Program-made: the position numbers and the translations under genes
The notes under the pieces: model-generated
What the model was told of the DNA's origin: nothing
Database searches by the model: none
What the model saw: only the letters and a program-made list of their open reading frames with translations
Source: an uncultured Clostridia bacterium
Lineage (GTDB): Bacteria > Bacillota > Limnochordia > Darwinibacteriales > DTU012
Reading direction: 5' to 3'
Length of the DNA stretch: 64,000 bases
NCBI GenBank assembly: GCA_900019385.1
Contig: FIZJ01000006.1
Coordinates: 94,593-158,592 of the forward strand
Shown here: one piece after another, positions 10,603-20,762 of the stretch
Layout of the letters: every line of letters starts with the position of its first letter
Position numbering within the stretch: position 1 is the first letter of the stretch

Positions 10603-11616
10603 GTGTGCAGGATGGGTCTCAACTACAGGTTATTGCCAGTTGTCATGATGCTGGCGGGAATGTGCGCCTTTGTGGCGCTGTTTAGTTATATTGCCCCATT
10701 TTTCTTTGGAGTGGTGATCGCTGTCCTTGTGGACCCTGCGGTGAACTACTGCGAATGCAAGGGATGCCCACGTCCCGCCGCTGCTCTGTTATTAGTGCTG
10801 GTTGTTTTCAGCGGTTTTTTGCTGATGCTGGCTGCTGCCGCTGCAGGCCTGTGGCATGAGATCGGGCAGCTGGCCGGGTATGTGCAAGCACTTTACGAAG
10901 GCAACATGCCAAGTTTTGATTGGTTCGATCTGCTGATCGAAAGACTTCCGGTTTCACTGCAGAATTTGCTGCCAAGTGTAATCAGCAGCGTCAGTCACTT
11001 TGCCATCAACTTTTTAGGAGAAGTATTGAATTATATAACGAAGATTCCGGCATTCCTCGTATCCTGGCTGATGGCTGGGACTACGGCCTTTTTCGTGAGC
11101 AGAGACAAACGTGCGATCGTGAGGTTTATCACCGCTCAGCTTCCCGAAAACTGGCGCCGAGTGGTTTACAAGTCGAAACATACAATCCTTCAGAACGTTT
11201 TCGCCTATCTAAAAACACAGCTGACATTGATGTGGGTCTCAATATGCATCGCTGTCAGCGGGTTCCTCCTTGCTGATCATCCATATGCGTGGATATTGGG
11301 CATTCTAGCCGGCCTTTTGGATCTAATTCCATGGGTTGGGCCTGGTGGGGTTTTCCTTCCTGCCGTCGTGTACAACCTGGCCCGCGGGCTGGTTGGGCGC
11401 GGTGTCTTTCTGGCGTCTGTCTGGTTTGTTTTGCTGTTGGTGCGGCAGTTTTACGAGCCTCGGATGATCAGAGACGAGATAGGGCTGCATCCTTTGTTTG
11501 CGATGGCTGGGATCTACCTGGGAGTGAGGCTTATGGGCGGTTGGGGGGTGATTTTGGGTCCATTGGCGTTGATTTTGCTGAAATCCTTCTATGTGATTGT
11601 AAAAGACCTTCCATAG
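10603..11616 (+). CDS. AI-2E family transporter / YtvI-like integral membrane protein, inserted between cdsA and dxr
   Basis: 337 aa with about 8 TM segments. PerM/AI-2E-like C-terminal region (LDLIPWVGPGGVFLPAVVYNL...). Family assignment is by pattern recognition only. Confidence 0.55.
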   Translation: MCRMGLNYRLLPVVMMLAGMCAFVALFSYIAPFFFGVVIAVLVDPAVNYCECKGCPRPAAALLLVLVVFSGFLLMLAAAAAGLWHEIGQLAGYVQALYEGNMPSFDWFDLLIERLPVSLQNLLPSVISSVSHFAINFLGEVLNYITKIPAFLVSWLMAGTTAFFVSRDKRAIVRFITAQLPENWRRVVYKSKHTILQNVFAYLKTQLTLMWVSICIAVSGFLLADHPYAWILGILAGLLDLIPWVGPGGVFLPAVVYNLARGLVGRGVFLASVWFVLLLVRQFYEPRMIRDEIGLHPLFAMAGIYLGVRLMGGWGVILGPLALILLKSFYVIVKDLP

Positions 11617-11648
11617 GTTTAAAATATAAAGCAGAAAGGAATAGCTTG

Positions 11649-12788
11649 ATGACCAATGTAGCGATACTAGGCTCTACGGGTTCGATTGGAAATCAAACAC
11701 TGCAGGTGCTGCAGCACTTAGGGGACTACCGGGTGTACGGCCTGAGCGCTTACAGCGACATAGAGAACTTGTCCGAGCAAATCCGGCTGTATCAGCCTGA
11801 AGTGGTTGTGGTCAATGATTGCGACGCTTCCCGGCAGCTGAGAGACAGATTTGGTGTCCGTACAGCCTGTGGGGAGCCGGGGCTTTTGGAGCTGGCCGGT
11901 GATCCTAATGTGGACTTGGTTGTCATGGCTGTGGTGGGTTTTGCGGCATTAGCTCCTACGCTGAGGGCGCTGGAAACAGGGAAGAAAGTTGCGCTGGCGA
12001 GTAAAGAAGCCATGGTCGTAGGCGGCCATTTGCTGGCGCCTTACCGTTCGCAGATTGCTCCGATCGACTCGGAGCATTGTGCAGTATGGCAGATCCTCTC
12101 CGGCAGATGTTCTCAGGAAATCGACTCAGTCATTCTCACTGCTTCGGGAGGGCCGTTTCTGCACCAACCGGAGGATCTGAGCACAGTCACCGTGGATCAG
12201 GCACTGCAGCATCCTACCTGGAAGATGGGGGGAAAAATCTCCATTGACTCAGCCACACTGATGAACAAGGGACTGGAAGTGATCGAGGCTCATTGGCTTT
12301 TTTCCCTGAGCTATGAACAGATAGAAGTAGTCATTCATCCCCAGAGTGTAATCCATTCACTGGTTCGGTTTGTGGACGGCTCAGTGCTGGCGCACATGGC
12401 GGCGCCCGACATGCGCCTGCCGATTCAATATGCGCTGACGCATCCCGGAATACGGCCGTCGCTTGTATCGAAACTGGATTTGACTGCACTTTCAGGGTTG
12501 ACATTCATGAAGTATGATCCGTTACGTTTTCCCTGCCTGGATCTTGCGCTGCAAGCGGGTAAGACAGGCGGAACAATGCCGGCTGCCTTGAACGCGGCCA
12601 ATGAAGTCGCTGTCGCATCGTTCCTGAATGGCAGGATTGCCTTTACGGATATCGCGGAAATCATCCAGGCAGTGATCAGAAGCCACAGGGTGGTTTCCGA
12701 TCCTGATTTTGAGCAGTTGGTCATGGCCGACCATGACGCAAGAGAGGCGGCTGTGCAGTTTGTCAAACTGCTGGAAAGGAAGGTGTAG
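11649..12788 (+). CDS. dxr: 1-deoxy-D-xylulose 5-phosphate reductoisomerase. The 499-aa ORF from 11289 is a spurious 5' extension; the start is ATG 11649 (MTNVAILGSTGSIG).
   Basis: NADPH-binding GSTGSIG N-terminus, DSEH and other Dxr motifs. 379 aa, the typical length. Confidence 0.93.
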   Translation: MTNVAILGSTGSIGNQTLQVLQHLGDYRVYGLSAYSDIENLSEQIRLYQPEVVVVNDCDASRQLRDRFGVRTACGEPGLLELAGDPNVDLVVMAVVGFAALAPTLRALETGKKVALASKEAMVVGGHLLAPYRSQIAPIDSEHCAVWQILSGRCSQEIDSVILTASGGPFLHQPEDLSTVTVDQALQHPTWKMGGKISIDSATLMNKGLEVIEAHWLFSLSYEQIEVVIHPQSVIHSLVRFVDGSVLAHMAAPDMRLPIQYALTHPGIRPSLVSKLDLTALSGLTFMKYDPLRFPCLDLALQAGKTGGTMPAALNAANEVAVASFLNGRIAFTDIAEIIQAVIRSHRVVSDPDFEQLVMADHDAREAAVQFVKLLERKV

Positions 12789-12790
12789 AT

Positions 12791-13813
12791 TTGCCAACAA
12801 TCGTTGCGTTTATACTTGTGTTTGGAACCATTGTCTTTTTCCACGAGCTTGGTCATTTTCTGACAGCTAAGCTTGCGGGAATAGTAGTCTATGAATTTGC
12901 CCTGGGATTTGGTCCCCGGCTGATCCAAAAGAAAGTAGGCGCTACTGTGTATTCCATCAGAGTACTGCCTTTGGGTGGATTCGTCAAACTTGCAGGAATG
13001 GATGAGGCGGAAAGTGAAGCGGACAGCGTGGACGAACGGCATCCCGGCAATTTCAACAACAAGCCGCTGTTGGTGAGAATGGCGACAATTGCTTCTGGGC
13101 CTTTGATGAATTTCTTGCTGGCAGCGGCAATTTTGGCACTGTATGCCGCACTGGTGGTGATCCCACCCACAATTGTCTCACTGCAGCCTGGGTACCCTGC
13201 GGAACAAGCAGGGCTTATGCTTGAGGATCAGGTGATCAGGGTCAACGATGTCAAGGTCCGGGATCTAGACCACCTGATCAGTGAGATTGAGTCATCACCG
13301 GGAAAAGCACTGAACTTGACCATCAAGCGAGCCGGTGAATTGATTGAGGTGGATGTGATTCCGGCCAGTGAAGACGGCAGAGGCATACTGGGTGTTGGAT
13401 TGCACGCCAAAACCAGGGCGCCCTTGGCGGACGCGGTTGTCCAAGGTTTTACCCAGATGTGGATATTCACACGTGAAACAGTCTCAGCCATTGCCGGAAT
13501 GTTCACCGGAGCCGTCGAACCTGAGATCGCTGGGCCTATCGGGATCTACCGCATGGTGGGGGACTTTGCCGCCCATGGGATTGGAAGTCTAATGTTTCTG
13601 GCGGCAGTGCTCAATGTGAATCTGGGCTTGATCAATCTTTTGCCGATTCCGATCCTGGACGGTGGTTGGCTGCTGATCCTGATTGTGGAAGCACTGCGGG
13701 GCCGTCCATTGAAAGATGAGCACCGAGGTTTTGCCCAGTTTGTCGGACTGGCACTTCTGTTGATGTTGATGATTCTGGCAACCTACAGTGACCTGGCCAG
13801 ATTATTCTCATAG
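12791..13813 (+). CDS. rseP: RIP zinc metalloprotease RseP/RasP (site-2 protease, M50 family)
   Basis: HELGHFLTAKLAG HExxH motif, an internal PDZ domain, the LDGG motif, and multiple TM segments. Confidence 0.93.
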   Translation: MPTIVAFILVFGTIVFFHELGHFLTAKLAGIVVYEFALGFGPRLIQKKVGATVYSIRVLPLGGFVKLAGMDEAESEADSVDERHPGNFNNKPLLVRMATIASGPLMNFLLAAAILALYAALVVIPPTIVSLQPGYPAEQAGLMLEDQVIRVNDVKVRDLDHLISEIESSPGKALNLTIKRAGELIEVDVIPASEDGRGILGVGLHAKTRAPLADAVVQGFTQMWIFTRETVSAIAGMFTGAVEPEIAGPIGIYRMVGDFAAHGIGSLMFLAAVLNVNLGLINLLPIPILDGGWLLILIVEALRGRPLKDEHRGFAQFVGLALLLMLMILATYSDLARLFS

Positions 13814-13823
13814 AGGTTGGGCA

Positions 13824-14879
13824 ATGCGCAGAAAAACCAAAGAGATTAAAATTGGCGGTCTAAAGATTGGCGGAGATGCGCCAATCACCGTGCAAAGCAT
13901 GACCAATACTGACACGAGGGACGCAGTTTCCACAGTCAACCAGATTCACCGTTTGGAACAGGCGGGATGTGACTTGGTCCGGGTGGCGGTCGTTGATCGC
14001 GAAGCCGGCTTGACACTTGGCAGGATCAAAAAGCAGATCCGAATCCCTCTGGTTGCCGACATCCATTTTGATTACCGCTTGGCTCTTCTCGCCATCGAGC
14101 AAGGGGTCGACAAACTGCGGATCAATCCGGGCAACATTGGTTCTCCTGATCGGGTGAAAGCGATAGTCCGAGCCGCGAAAGACGCTGGAATACCGATTAG
14201 GGTTGGCGCCAACGCCGGTTCCTTGGCCACCTGGGCTGCAGACCGGTTTGGAAACACGCCAAAAGCCTTGGCGGAAAGCGCCCTGGAGCAGATCCGAATC
14301 CTGGAAGATCTAGGTTTCAGTGATATAGTGGTTTCATTAAAGGCGAGCAGCGTTCCGTTTACAATTGAGGCCTACCGCATCATGGCGGGGCTGGTCGATT
14401 ATCCTTTCCATGTGGGGATCACGGAAGCCGGCACAGCGTGGTTTGGCAGTATCAAATCTGCGGCAGGAATTGGTGTTTTACTCGCAGAAGGCATTGGTGA
14501 TACCATACGTGTCTCGCTCACCGGTGATCCAGTGGAGGAAGTAAAGGTTGGCTGGGCTATCCTCAAATCTTTGGAACTTCGCAGCCGCGGCCCTGTGTTT
14601 ATATCCTGCCCCACGTGCGGCAGAACCAAGATTGACCTGGAAAGAATCGCTGCTGAAGTGGAGCGGCGCCTAAGCCATCTGACCAAACCGATCAAGATCG
14701 CCGTAATGGGCTGTGAGGTCAACGGGCCGGGAGAGGCACGGGACGCGGATCTGGGTATCGCCGGCGGCAGCGGTGTGGGCCTTATCTTTCGCAAAGGCAA
14801 GATCATTCGGAAAATAAAGGAAGAGGAACTTGTCGATGCTTTGGTAGAAGAAGCGCTGAAGCTAGAACAGGAATTATAG
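13824..14879 (+). CDS. ispG: 4-hydroxy-3-methylbut-2-enyl diphosphate synthase (GcpE). The ORF opens at 13788; the likely start is ATG 13824.
   Basis: IKIGGLKIGGDAPITVQSMTNTDTRD, and the C-terminal CPTCGR Fe-S cysteine motifs. Confidence 0.94.
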   Translation: MRRKTKEIKIGGLKIGGDAPITVQSMTNTDTRDAVSTVNQIHRLEQAGCDLVRVAVVDREAGLTLGRIKKQIRIPLVADIHFDYRLALLAIEQGVDKLRINPGNIGSPDRVKAIVRAAKDAGIPIRVGANAGSLATWAADRFGNTPKALAESALEQIRILEDLGFSDIVVSLKASSVPFTIEAYRIMAGLVDYPFHVGITEAGTAWFGSIKSAAGIGVLLAEGIGDTIRVSLTGDPVEEVKVGWAILKSLELRSRGPVFISCPTCGRTKIDLERIAAEVERRLSHLTKPIKIAVMGCEVNGPGEARDADLGIAGGSGVGLIFRKGKIIRKIKEEELVDALVEEALKLEQEL

Positions 14880-14894
14880 GAGGATGTGATCACA

Positions 14895-16607
14895 ATGCGA
14901 GCCAGTTCACTATATGCGCCGACATTGAGGGAAATCCCGGCGGAAGCGGAACTGATCAGCCACCAATATATGCTCCGCGCTGGGCTGATGCGGAAATCCG
15001 CCGCTGGAGTCTATTCATATTTGCCTCTTGGAGTAAGAGTTCTGCACAAAATCATGGCCATCATCCGGGAAGAACTTGACCGGGCGGGAGGCCAGGAGAT
15101 TCTCCTGCCGATAGTGCAGCCGGCAGAGCTGTGGCATGAATCTGGGCGCTGGAATGATTACGGACCAGAAATGTTCCGGCTTGTTGACCGCCACCAGCGG
15201 CAGTTTTGCCTCGGCCCAACACATGAGGAGATTATCACCGCGCTGGTGCGTGACGAAGTCCGCTCTTACAAGCAGCTGCCGCTTAGATTGTACCAGATTC
15301 AGAACAAATACCGAGACGAGATCAGGCCTCGCTTTGGCGTGATCCGCAGCCGCGAGTTCATTATGAAGGATCTTTACTCTTTCGACCGCGACGAGGCCGG
15401 GGCACAGGAGAGTTACAGGGCGATGTACGATGCCTACACACGCATCTTCGCCCGCTGCGGCTTGAAAACACACCCTGTCGAGGCGGATACAGGAGCTATC
15501 GGCGGTGATCAATCCCACGAGTTCATGGTCCTCGGCGATGCTGGAGAGGCTTTGATTGTGTTTTGCCCCTCCTGCGGATATGCCGCCAATGTGGAACGGG
15601 CCGAGTGCGCGCCTTACGAACCAGCAGTATCCAGTACGCCGCTGTGCGCCATGGAAGAAATACCCACACCGGGTACCACAACTGTTGAAGAGTTGACTCG
15701 GCTTCTGCAGGTTGAACCAAGCCAAATCATCAAGACTATGATCTACATTGCCGATGGCCAACCTGTGGCGGTTTTGACGAGCGGCGCCCACGATGTGAAC
15801 GAGGTCAAGCTGAAAAGAGCTTTAATGTGCGATCAGCTGGAACTGGCCAACCACGAAATCATTGCGGAAGTCACGAACGCCCCGGTTGGATTCGCCGGGC
15901 CGGTGGGCCTTGACGTACCGATCTTCGCAGACTATTCAGTTGTGCCGATCGTTAATGGCATATCGGGCGCAAACAAGAAAGACTATCACTTGCGGAATGT
16001 GAACATCAATCGTGATTACATACCTACCAAGATTCTCGACCTGCGGGAAGCTAGAGCCGGCGAAAAGTGTGTCCGCTGCGGCAAGGCGCTTGATGAAGCC
16101 CGGGGAACCGAAGTGGGTCAAGTGTTTTACCTGGGTACGAAGTATTCGAAGCCGATGCAGGCCCGCTTCCTGGATCAAGACGGTGTGGAAAAACCTTTTG
16201 TCATGGGGTGTTACGGCATCGGTGTCAGCCGGACTGTGGCGGCGATTATTGAACAGCACCATGACGAAGACGGCATTTGCTGGCCGGTCAGTGTGGCGCC
16301 GTTCAGCGTTATTGTTGTTCCCGTAAGCTACAAAGATGAAGCGCAGCGCAATGCAGCAGATCAGGTGTATTATGAACTGGAAAATGCCGGAATCGAGGTC
16401 ATCCTTGACGATCGGGACGAAAGGCCCGGAGTGAAGTTCAAAGACGCGGATCTGATCGGTTATCCACTGCGGGTGACGATTGGTCCAAAGCATTTGGCGG
16501 ACGGTAATGTGGAGATAAAGACCCGTCGAACCAAGGAAGTATCCGTGGTTCCCATGGCGGATGTGGTAGACCAAGTCAAGGCATTACTCAACCGGTTAGG
16601 AGAATGA
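14895..16607 (+). CDS. proS: Proline-tRNA ligase (bacterial type with editing domain). The alternative GTG 14886 lies too close to the GGAGGA RBS.
   Basis: Class II aaRS motifs. The 570-aa size includes an INS editing domain. No T-box leader, since ispG abuts it. Confidence 0.93.
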   Translation: MRASSLYAPTLREIPAEAELISHQYMLRAGLMRKSAAGVYSYLPLGVRVLHKIMAIIREELDRAGGQEILLPIVQPAELWHESGRWNDYGPEMFRLVDRHQRQFCLGPTHEEIITALVRDEVRSYKQLPLRLYQIQNKYRDEIRPRFGVIRSREFIMKDLYSFDRDEAGAQESYRAMYDAYTRIFARCGLKTHPVEADTGAIGGDQSHEFMVLGDAGEALIVFCPSCGYAANVERAECAPYEPAVSSTPLCAMEEIPTPGTTTVEELTRLLQVEPSQIIKTMIYIADGQPVAVLTSGAHDVNEVKLKRALMCDQLELANHEIIAEVTNAPVGFAGPVGLDVPIFADYSVVPIVNGISGANKKDYHLRNVNINRDYIPTKILDLREARAGEKCVRCGKALDEARGTEVGQVFYLGTKYSKPMQARFLDQDGVEKPFVMGCYGIGVSRTVAAIIEQHHDEDGICWPVSVAPFSVIVVPVSYKDEAQRNAADQVYYELENAGIEVILDDRDERPGVKFKDADLIGYPLRVTIGPKHLADGNVEIKTRRTKEVSVVPMADVVDQVKALLNRLGE

Positions 16608-16609
16608 AA

Positions 16610-17236
16610 ATGAAAATTGCTGCCATTGTACCGGCCTACAATGAAGAATCCACCATCGGATCTGTCATCTCGGCGTTGAAATCTTCTCCTCTTATTGATG
16701 AAATCATTGTTGTCAGCGACGGTTCATGGGATCGAACAGCCGAAATAGCCCATGAGCTGGGAGTGACCGTTGTTGAGCTGGAACAGAACATGGGCAAGGG
16801 TGGCGCCATGTACACTGGTACCTGCCATACCGACGCGGATGTGTTTCTGTTTGTGGATGCGGATCTGGTTGGTTTGAACCGGCATCATGTAGCCAGCTTG
16901 CTGAACCCGATTATCAACAACAGGGCGGAGATGACCGTCGGTGTCTTCGAAAAAGGCAGGCTGATGACGGATCTGGCTCAAAGAATCACCCCGTTCTTGT
17001 CCGGACAGCGAGCCATGACCAGGAAACTGTTTGAGCAGATACCAGATCTGAAAAGCCGGGGATATGGAGTGGAGATGGCTCTATCGCTTTATGTGAGCAA
17101 GCACCACTGTCAAGTGGAGATGGTGCATCTGCCGAACCTGAGCCAGGTGATGAAAGAGGAAAAGCGTGGTTTTTGGAAGGGCCTCAGGCAGCGGTTGAGG
17201 ATGTTCTGGGAGATCTTGCGAGCTGTCAAGCTCTAG
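16610..17236 (+). CDS. Family-2 glycosyltransferase, small and single-domain, inserted between proS and polC. ATG 16604 is an alternative start.
   Basis: IVPAYNEESTIGSV..., DxD-like VDADLV. GT-A fold signature. Confidence 0.7.
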   Translation: MKIAAIVPAYNEESTIGSVISALKSSPLIDEIIVVSDGSWDRTAEIAHELGVTVVELEQNMGKGGAMYTGTCHTDADVFLFVDADLVGLNRHHVASLLNPIINNRAEMTVGVFEKGRLMTDLAQRITPFLSGQRAMTRKLFEQIPDLKSRGYGVEMALSLYVSKHHCQVEMVHLPNLSQVMKEEKRGFWKGLRQRLRMFWEILRAVKL

Positions 17237-17258
17237 TTCTGACAGAGGAGGAGCAGGA

Positions 17259-20200
17259 TTGGGTTCAGTTTATGTGATTAAGCCCGAGAACGGCCAATTT
17301 TTATCCCAGCTGTCGCCAGATCCGATCCTAGAAAATGTGAAGATAGTGCAAATCGATGTTGATTCGGCCAATCAATGCTGGACAGTATGGCTGGAGGGAG
17401 AAAAACGAGGTACTGAGGAATTCTGGGATCAGCTGGCAGCTCAGCTGTGTGCCGCCGTTGGCACCATCGATAAAGTGACGTTCGCATGGAAAGGGAATCA
17501 ACAGCATACTGAAGATGAAATCAGCTACATGCATTCGGTGATCAAAAACTTCAACCCTACTGCAGGCAGCCGCGAGGAGAAGCAGAAAAATCCCAAAGCG
17601 AAGCGAAAGAAAGGGCGGCGTAAGGAGCAGCCGATCAACACTGAGCATGTTCCAATCGCTTCGATCGATGTGGAACAGAATGACGTAGTCATAGCAGGGG
17701 AGGTTGTCGCCGTCGACAAGCGTACCTTGCGCACAGGCAGAATCCTTGTGACTTTTGATGTGTGGGATCATACAGACACCATCACCTGCAAATTGTTTCT
17801 CGAGCTTGACGAAGAAGTGCCACCCATCACAGTGGGCGAGTGGCTCAAGGTGAAAGGCAATGTTCAGTTCCAAAGCTACGAGCAGGAACTGGCCCTAACT
17901 GTCCAGCAGTTTAACCGGATTCCGCCCCCTCCTCCTGTGGAGGACCAGGCCCCACAGAAGCGAGTGGAGCTTCATTTGCATACCAAAATGAGCGGGCTGG
18001 ACGGTGTCACCGATGTTGAGGAAGTAGTGAGGCAGGCTGCATTATGGGGCCATCCTGCGGTGGCCATTACTGATCACGGTGTAGTCCAAGCCTTTCCCGC
18101 AGCCTGCGCCGCAGGGAAAAAACACGGGATCAAGATTATCTACGGACTTGAAGGATACTTAATCGACAACGACACGGACCGGCCTCATCATATTGTCATT
18201 CTGGCGAAGAATAAAACCGGCCTGAAAAATCTGTATAAGCTTGTTTCCTATTCGCACTTGCATCACTTTTACCGCCGTCCCCGGATTCCCAGGAAGCTGC
18301 TGATTGATCACAGAGAAGGGTTAATCCTGGGATCCGCCTGCGAGCAGGGTGAAGTATTCCAGGCGTGCCTGAGGAAGGATCCACGCCTGAAAGAGATTGC
18401 CCGTTTCTATGATTATCTGGAGATCCAACCTTTGGGCAACAACGAATTCTTGATTGGGACAAGCCTGGTCAGTTCCCTTGAAGATCTGCAGGAGATAAAC
18501 CGCACAATCTGCGAGGTCGGACAGGAACTCGGCCTTCCAGTGGTGGCCACGGGTGACGTGCACTTCTTGCGTCCGGAAGACGGTGTTTACCGCACAATTC
18601 TCTTGCAGGGGCAGGGGTTTGAGGACGTAGAGCGCCCTGCGCCGCTGTATTTTCGCACTACAGACGAAATGCTGGGCGAGTTCAAGTATCTCGGAGAAGA
18701 GCTTGCCCGGAAGGTTGTAATCACTGATCCCAACAAGATTGCCAGCCAAATTGAGGAACTGGTGCCGATACCGCAAGGACTGCACGCTCCTAAGATTCCC
18801 GCCGCAGCCGAACAGCTCCAGGAAGTGTGCTACAAAACAGCAAGGGAACTATACGGCGATCCCCTTCCAGATTTGGTTGCCAGGCGCCTGGAAAAAGAAC
18901 TCAAAGCGATTATCGGCAACGGATATGCAGCATTGTACTGGACCGCCAGGCAGTTGGTGCTAAAGTCCAATTCCGACGGATACATGGTGGGGTCCCGCGG
19001 ATCGGTTGGGTCATCGTTTGTGGCAACAATGAGCGGCATAACCGAAGTGAACCCGCTACCGCCCCACTATATATGCCCAAAATGTCATTGGCATAAGTTC
19101 TTTACCGGTGAGGAAGTCGGCGCAGGCATTGATTTGCCCAAGAAGGACTGCCCACGCTGCGGTACTGAGCTGCACCGGGACGGTTTCGACATTCCATTCG
19201 AAGTTTTCCTGGGATTTGATGGTGACAAAGTCCCAGATATTGATCTTAATTTCAGCGGAGAATACCAGGCGACGATTCAAAAATACACCGAGGAACTGTT
19301 CGGCGCTGACTATGTGTTCCGTGCGGGTACAATTGGAACTTTGGCGGAAAAAACCGCTTACGGTTTTGTAAAAAACTACTTGGAAGAAACCGGTCAAGTG
19401 AAGCGAAGAGCAGAAATCAACCGCATGCTGAAAAAGCTGGTGGGGGTTAAACGCACGACCGGGCAGCATCCTGGAGGTATGATCGTAGTCCCGAAAGATA
19501 TGGAGATATTCGATTTCACACCGATCCAATATCCTGCCAACGATCCCAAGAGTGGAATTGTCACGACCCATTTTGAATTCAGCTACATTCACGACAGTCT
19601 GGTAAAGCTTGACAATCTCGGCCACAAAGGGCCGACAATGATGCGGTTGTTTGAAGAGTTTAGCGGCATTCGGGTAGACGATATTCCCATGGATGATCCA
19701 GCGACAATGGCGGTTTTTTGTGGGCTTGAGTCTCTTGGAGTGACAGAAGAGCAGATAGGCACATCCATCGGAACTTTAGGTGTTCCAGAGTTCGGAACTG
19801 ACTTTACCCGCCAAGTGCTTGAGGATATCCTGCCTACCACTTTTGCCGATCTTGTGGCCATCATGGGGCTCACTCACGGTACCGATGTCTGGTTGAACAA
19901 TGCCCAGAACCTGATTAGGGAAAAGGTAACAGATTTTAAGAATGTCATCGCGTGTCGAGACGACATCATGACATATTTGATGCACCGAGGCTTGTCCGCC
20001 AGCGACGCATTCCGCATTATGGAACGGGTGCGCAAAGGCCAAGGGCTTTCCGAGGCAGACATCACCCTGATGAAGAAGCATCAGGTTCCCGATTGGTACA
20101 TCGAGTCCTGTTTCAAGATCAAATACATGTTCCCAAAAGCCCATGCTGTGGCCTACGCGATTACGGCTTACAGGGCCGCATATTTCAAAGTGCACAAGCC

Positions 20201-20657
20201 GGCGGCTTTTTACGCAACATTTCTTAGTGTTGAAATCGAGCACGTCAACGCCGACATAATCGTTGCCGGGGTTGAGCGTGTCAAGGCTGAAATAGCCGCT
20301 TTGGAGGCCAAAGGGACAGAAGCCACCGCCAAAGACGCAGACGTGATCACAGTCCTAAAGACAGTGCTGGAAGCTATGGCGCGCGGCATCAAGTTCTTGC
20401 CCGTCGATTTATACCATTCAGACGCGACTAGGGTGATTCCACAGGGAAACGGCCTGCTGTTGCCGCTTGTTTCATTGGAAGGTGTGGGGCTAAACGCTGC
20501 CAATGCCATTGTGGAAGCCCGCCAGGAAGGTGAATTCTTGTCGATCGAAGATCTCCGCCAGCGGACCAAAATCAGCAGAACAGTGATTGATGCTCTTTCC
20601 AGGCACAACTGTCTGGCTGGAATGCCCGAAACCAATCAGTTGAGCCTGTTTGGTTGA
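17259..20657 (+). CDS. polC: PolC-type DNA polymerase III alpha subunit, but only 1132 aa, with no 3'-5' exonuclease insertion and a short N-terminal domain (see findings)
   Basis: TTG start after a GAGGAGGAG RBS. Shows OB domain, PHP (HLHTKMSGLDGV...ITDHGVVQAFP), the PolC zinc finger CPKCHWHKF...CPRCG, the pol core (GSRGSVGSSFVATM, FDFTPIQYP) and a C-terminal HhH. The canonical proS-polC-rimP locus. Confidence 0.9.
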   Translation: MGSVYVIKPENGQFLSQLSPDPILENVKIVQIDVDSANQCWTVWLEGEKRGTEEFWDQLAAQLCAAVGTIDKVTFAWKGNQQHTEDEISYMHSVIKNFNPTAGSREEKQKNPKAKRKKGRRKEQPINTEHVPIASIDVEQNDVVIAGEVVAVDKRTLRTGRILVTFDVWDHTDTITCKLFLELDEEVPPITVGEWLKVKGNVQFQSYEQELALTVQQFNRIPPPPPVEDQAPQKRVELHLHTKMSGLDGVTDVEEVVRQAALWGHPAVAITDHGVVQAFPAACAAGKKHGIKIIYGLEGYLIDNDTDRPHHIVILAKNKTGLKNLYKLVSYSHLHHFYRRPRIPRKLLIDHREGLILGSACEQGEVFQACLRKDPRLKEIARFYDYLEIQPLGNNEFLIGTSLVSSLEDLQEINRTICEVGQELGLPVVATGDVHFLRPEDGVYRTILLQGQGFEDVERPAPLYFRTTDEMLGEFKYLGEELARKVVITDPNKIASQIEELVPIPQGLHAPKIPAAAEQLQEVCYKTARELYGDPLPDLVARRLEKELKAIIGNGYAALYWTARQLVLKSNSDGYMVGSRGSVGSSFVATMSGITEVNPLPPHYICPKCHWHKFFTGEEVGAGIDLPKKDCPRCGTELHRDGFDIPFEVFLGFDGDKVPDIDLNFSGEYQATIQKYTEELFGADYVFRAGTIGTLAEKTAYGFVKNYLEETGQVKRRAEINRMLKKLVGVKRTTGQHPGGMIVVPKDMEIFDFTPIQYPANDPKSGIVTTHFEFSYIHDSLVKLDNLGHKGPTMMRLFEEFSGIRVDDIPMDDPATMAVFCGLESLGVTEEQIGTSIGTLGVPEFGTDFTRQVLEDILPTTFADLVAIMGLTHGTDVWLNNAQNLIREKVTDFKNVIACRDDIMTYLMHRGLSASDAFRIMERVRKGQGLSEADITLMKKHQVPDWYIESCFKIKYMFPKAHAVAYAITAYRAAYFKVHKPAAFYATFLSVEIEHVNADIIVAGVERVKAEIAALEAKGTEATAKDADVITVLKTVLEAMARGIKFLPVDLYHSDATRVIPQGNGLLLPLVSLEGVGLNAANAIVEARQEGEFLSIEDLRQRTKISRTVIDALSRHNCLAGMPETNQLSLFG

Positions 20658-20678
20658 CAGATGGCTGGAAATCTGATG

Positions 20679-20707
20679 TTGCTTCACCGCAAGAGTTGTG
20701 TTATAAT
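20679..20707 (+). promoter_or_regulatory. Candidate sigma-A promoter of the rimP-nusA-infB operon
   Basis: TTGCTT (20679-20684), a 17-nt spacer, then an extended -10 TGtTATAAT (20699-20707). Confidence 0.55.
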
Positions 20708-20736
20708 GTGATTGCTGTTCGAATAGTGCCATCAGC

Positions 20737-20762
20737 GAGAGTGGGTTCAGCCCACTCTTTTA
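20737..20762 (+). promoter_or_regulatory. Leader hairpin and U-tract about 25-50 nt downstream of the predicted TSS; a candidate NusA-dependent attenuator
   Basis: GAGAGTGGG-ttcag-CCCACTCTT followed by TTTAC. Sits in the leader upstream of rimP. Confidence 0.4.

Noticed and set aside
11289-11648. 5' extension giving a 499-aa Dxr ORF
   Set aside because: The extension overlaps the preceding permease gene in another frame and does not resemble the Dxr N-terminus. ATG 11649 (MTNVAILGSTGSIG) is the conserved start.
15015-15791. 258-aa minus-strand ORF
   Set aside because: Antisense to proS.
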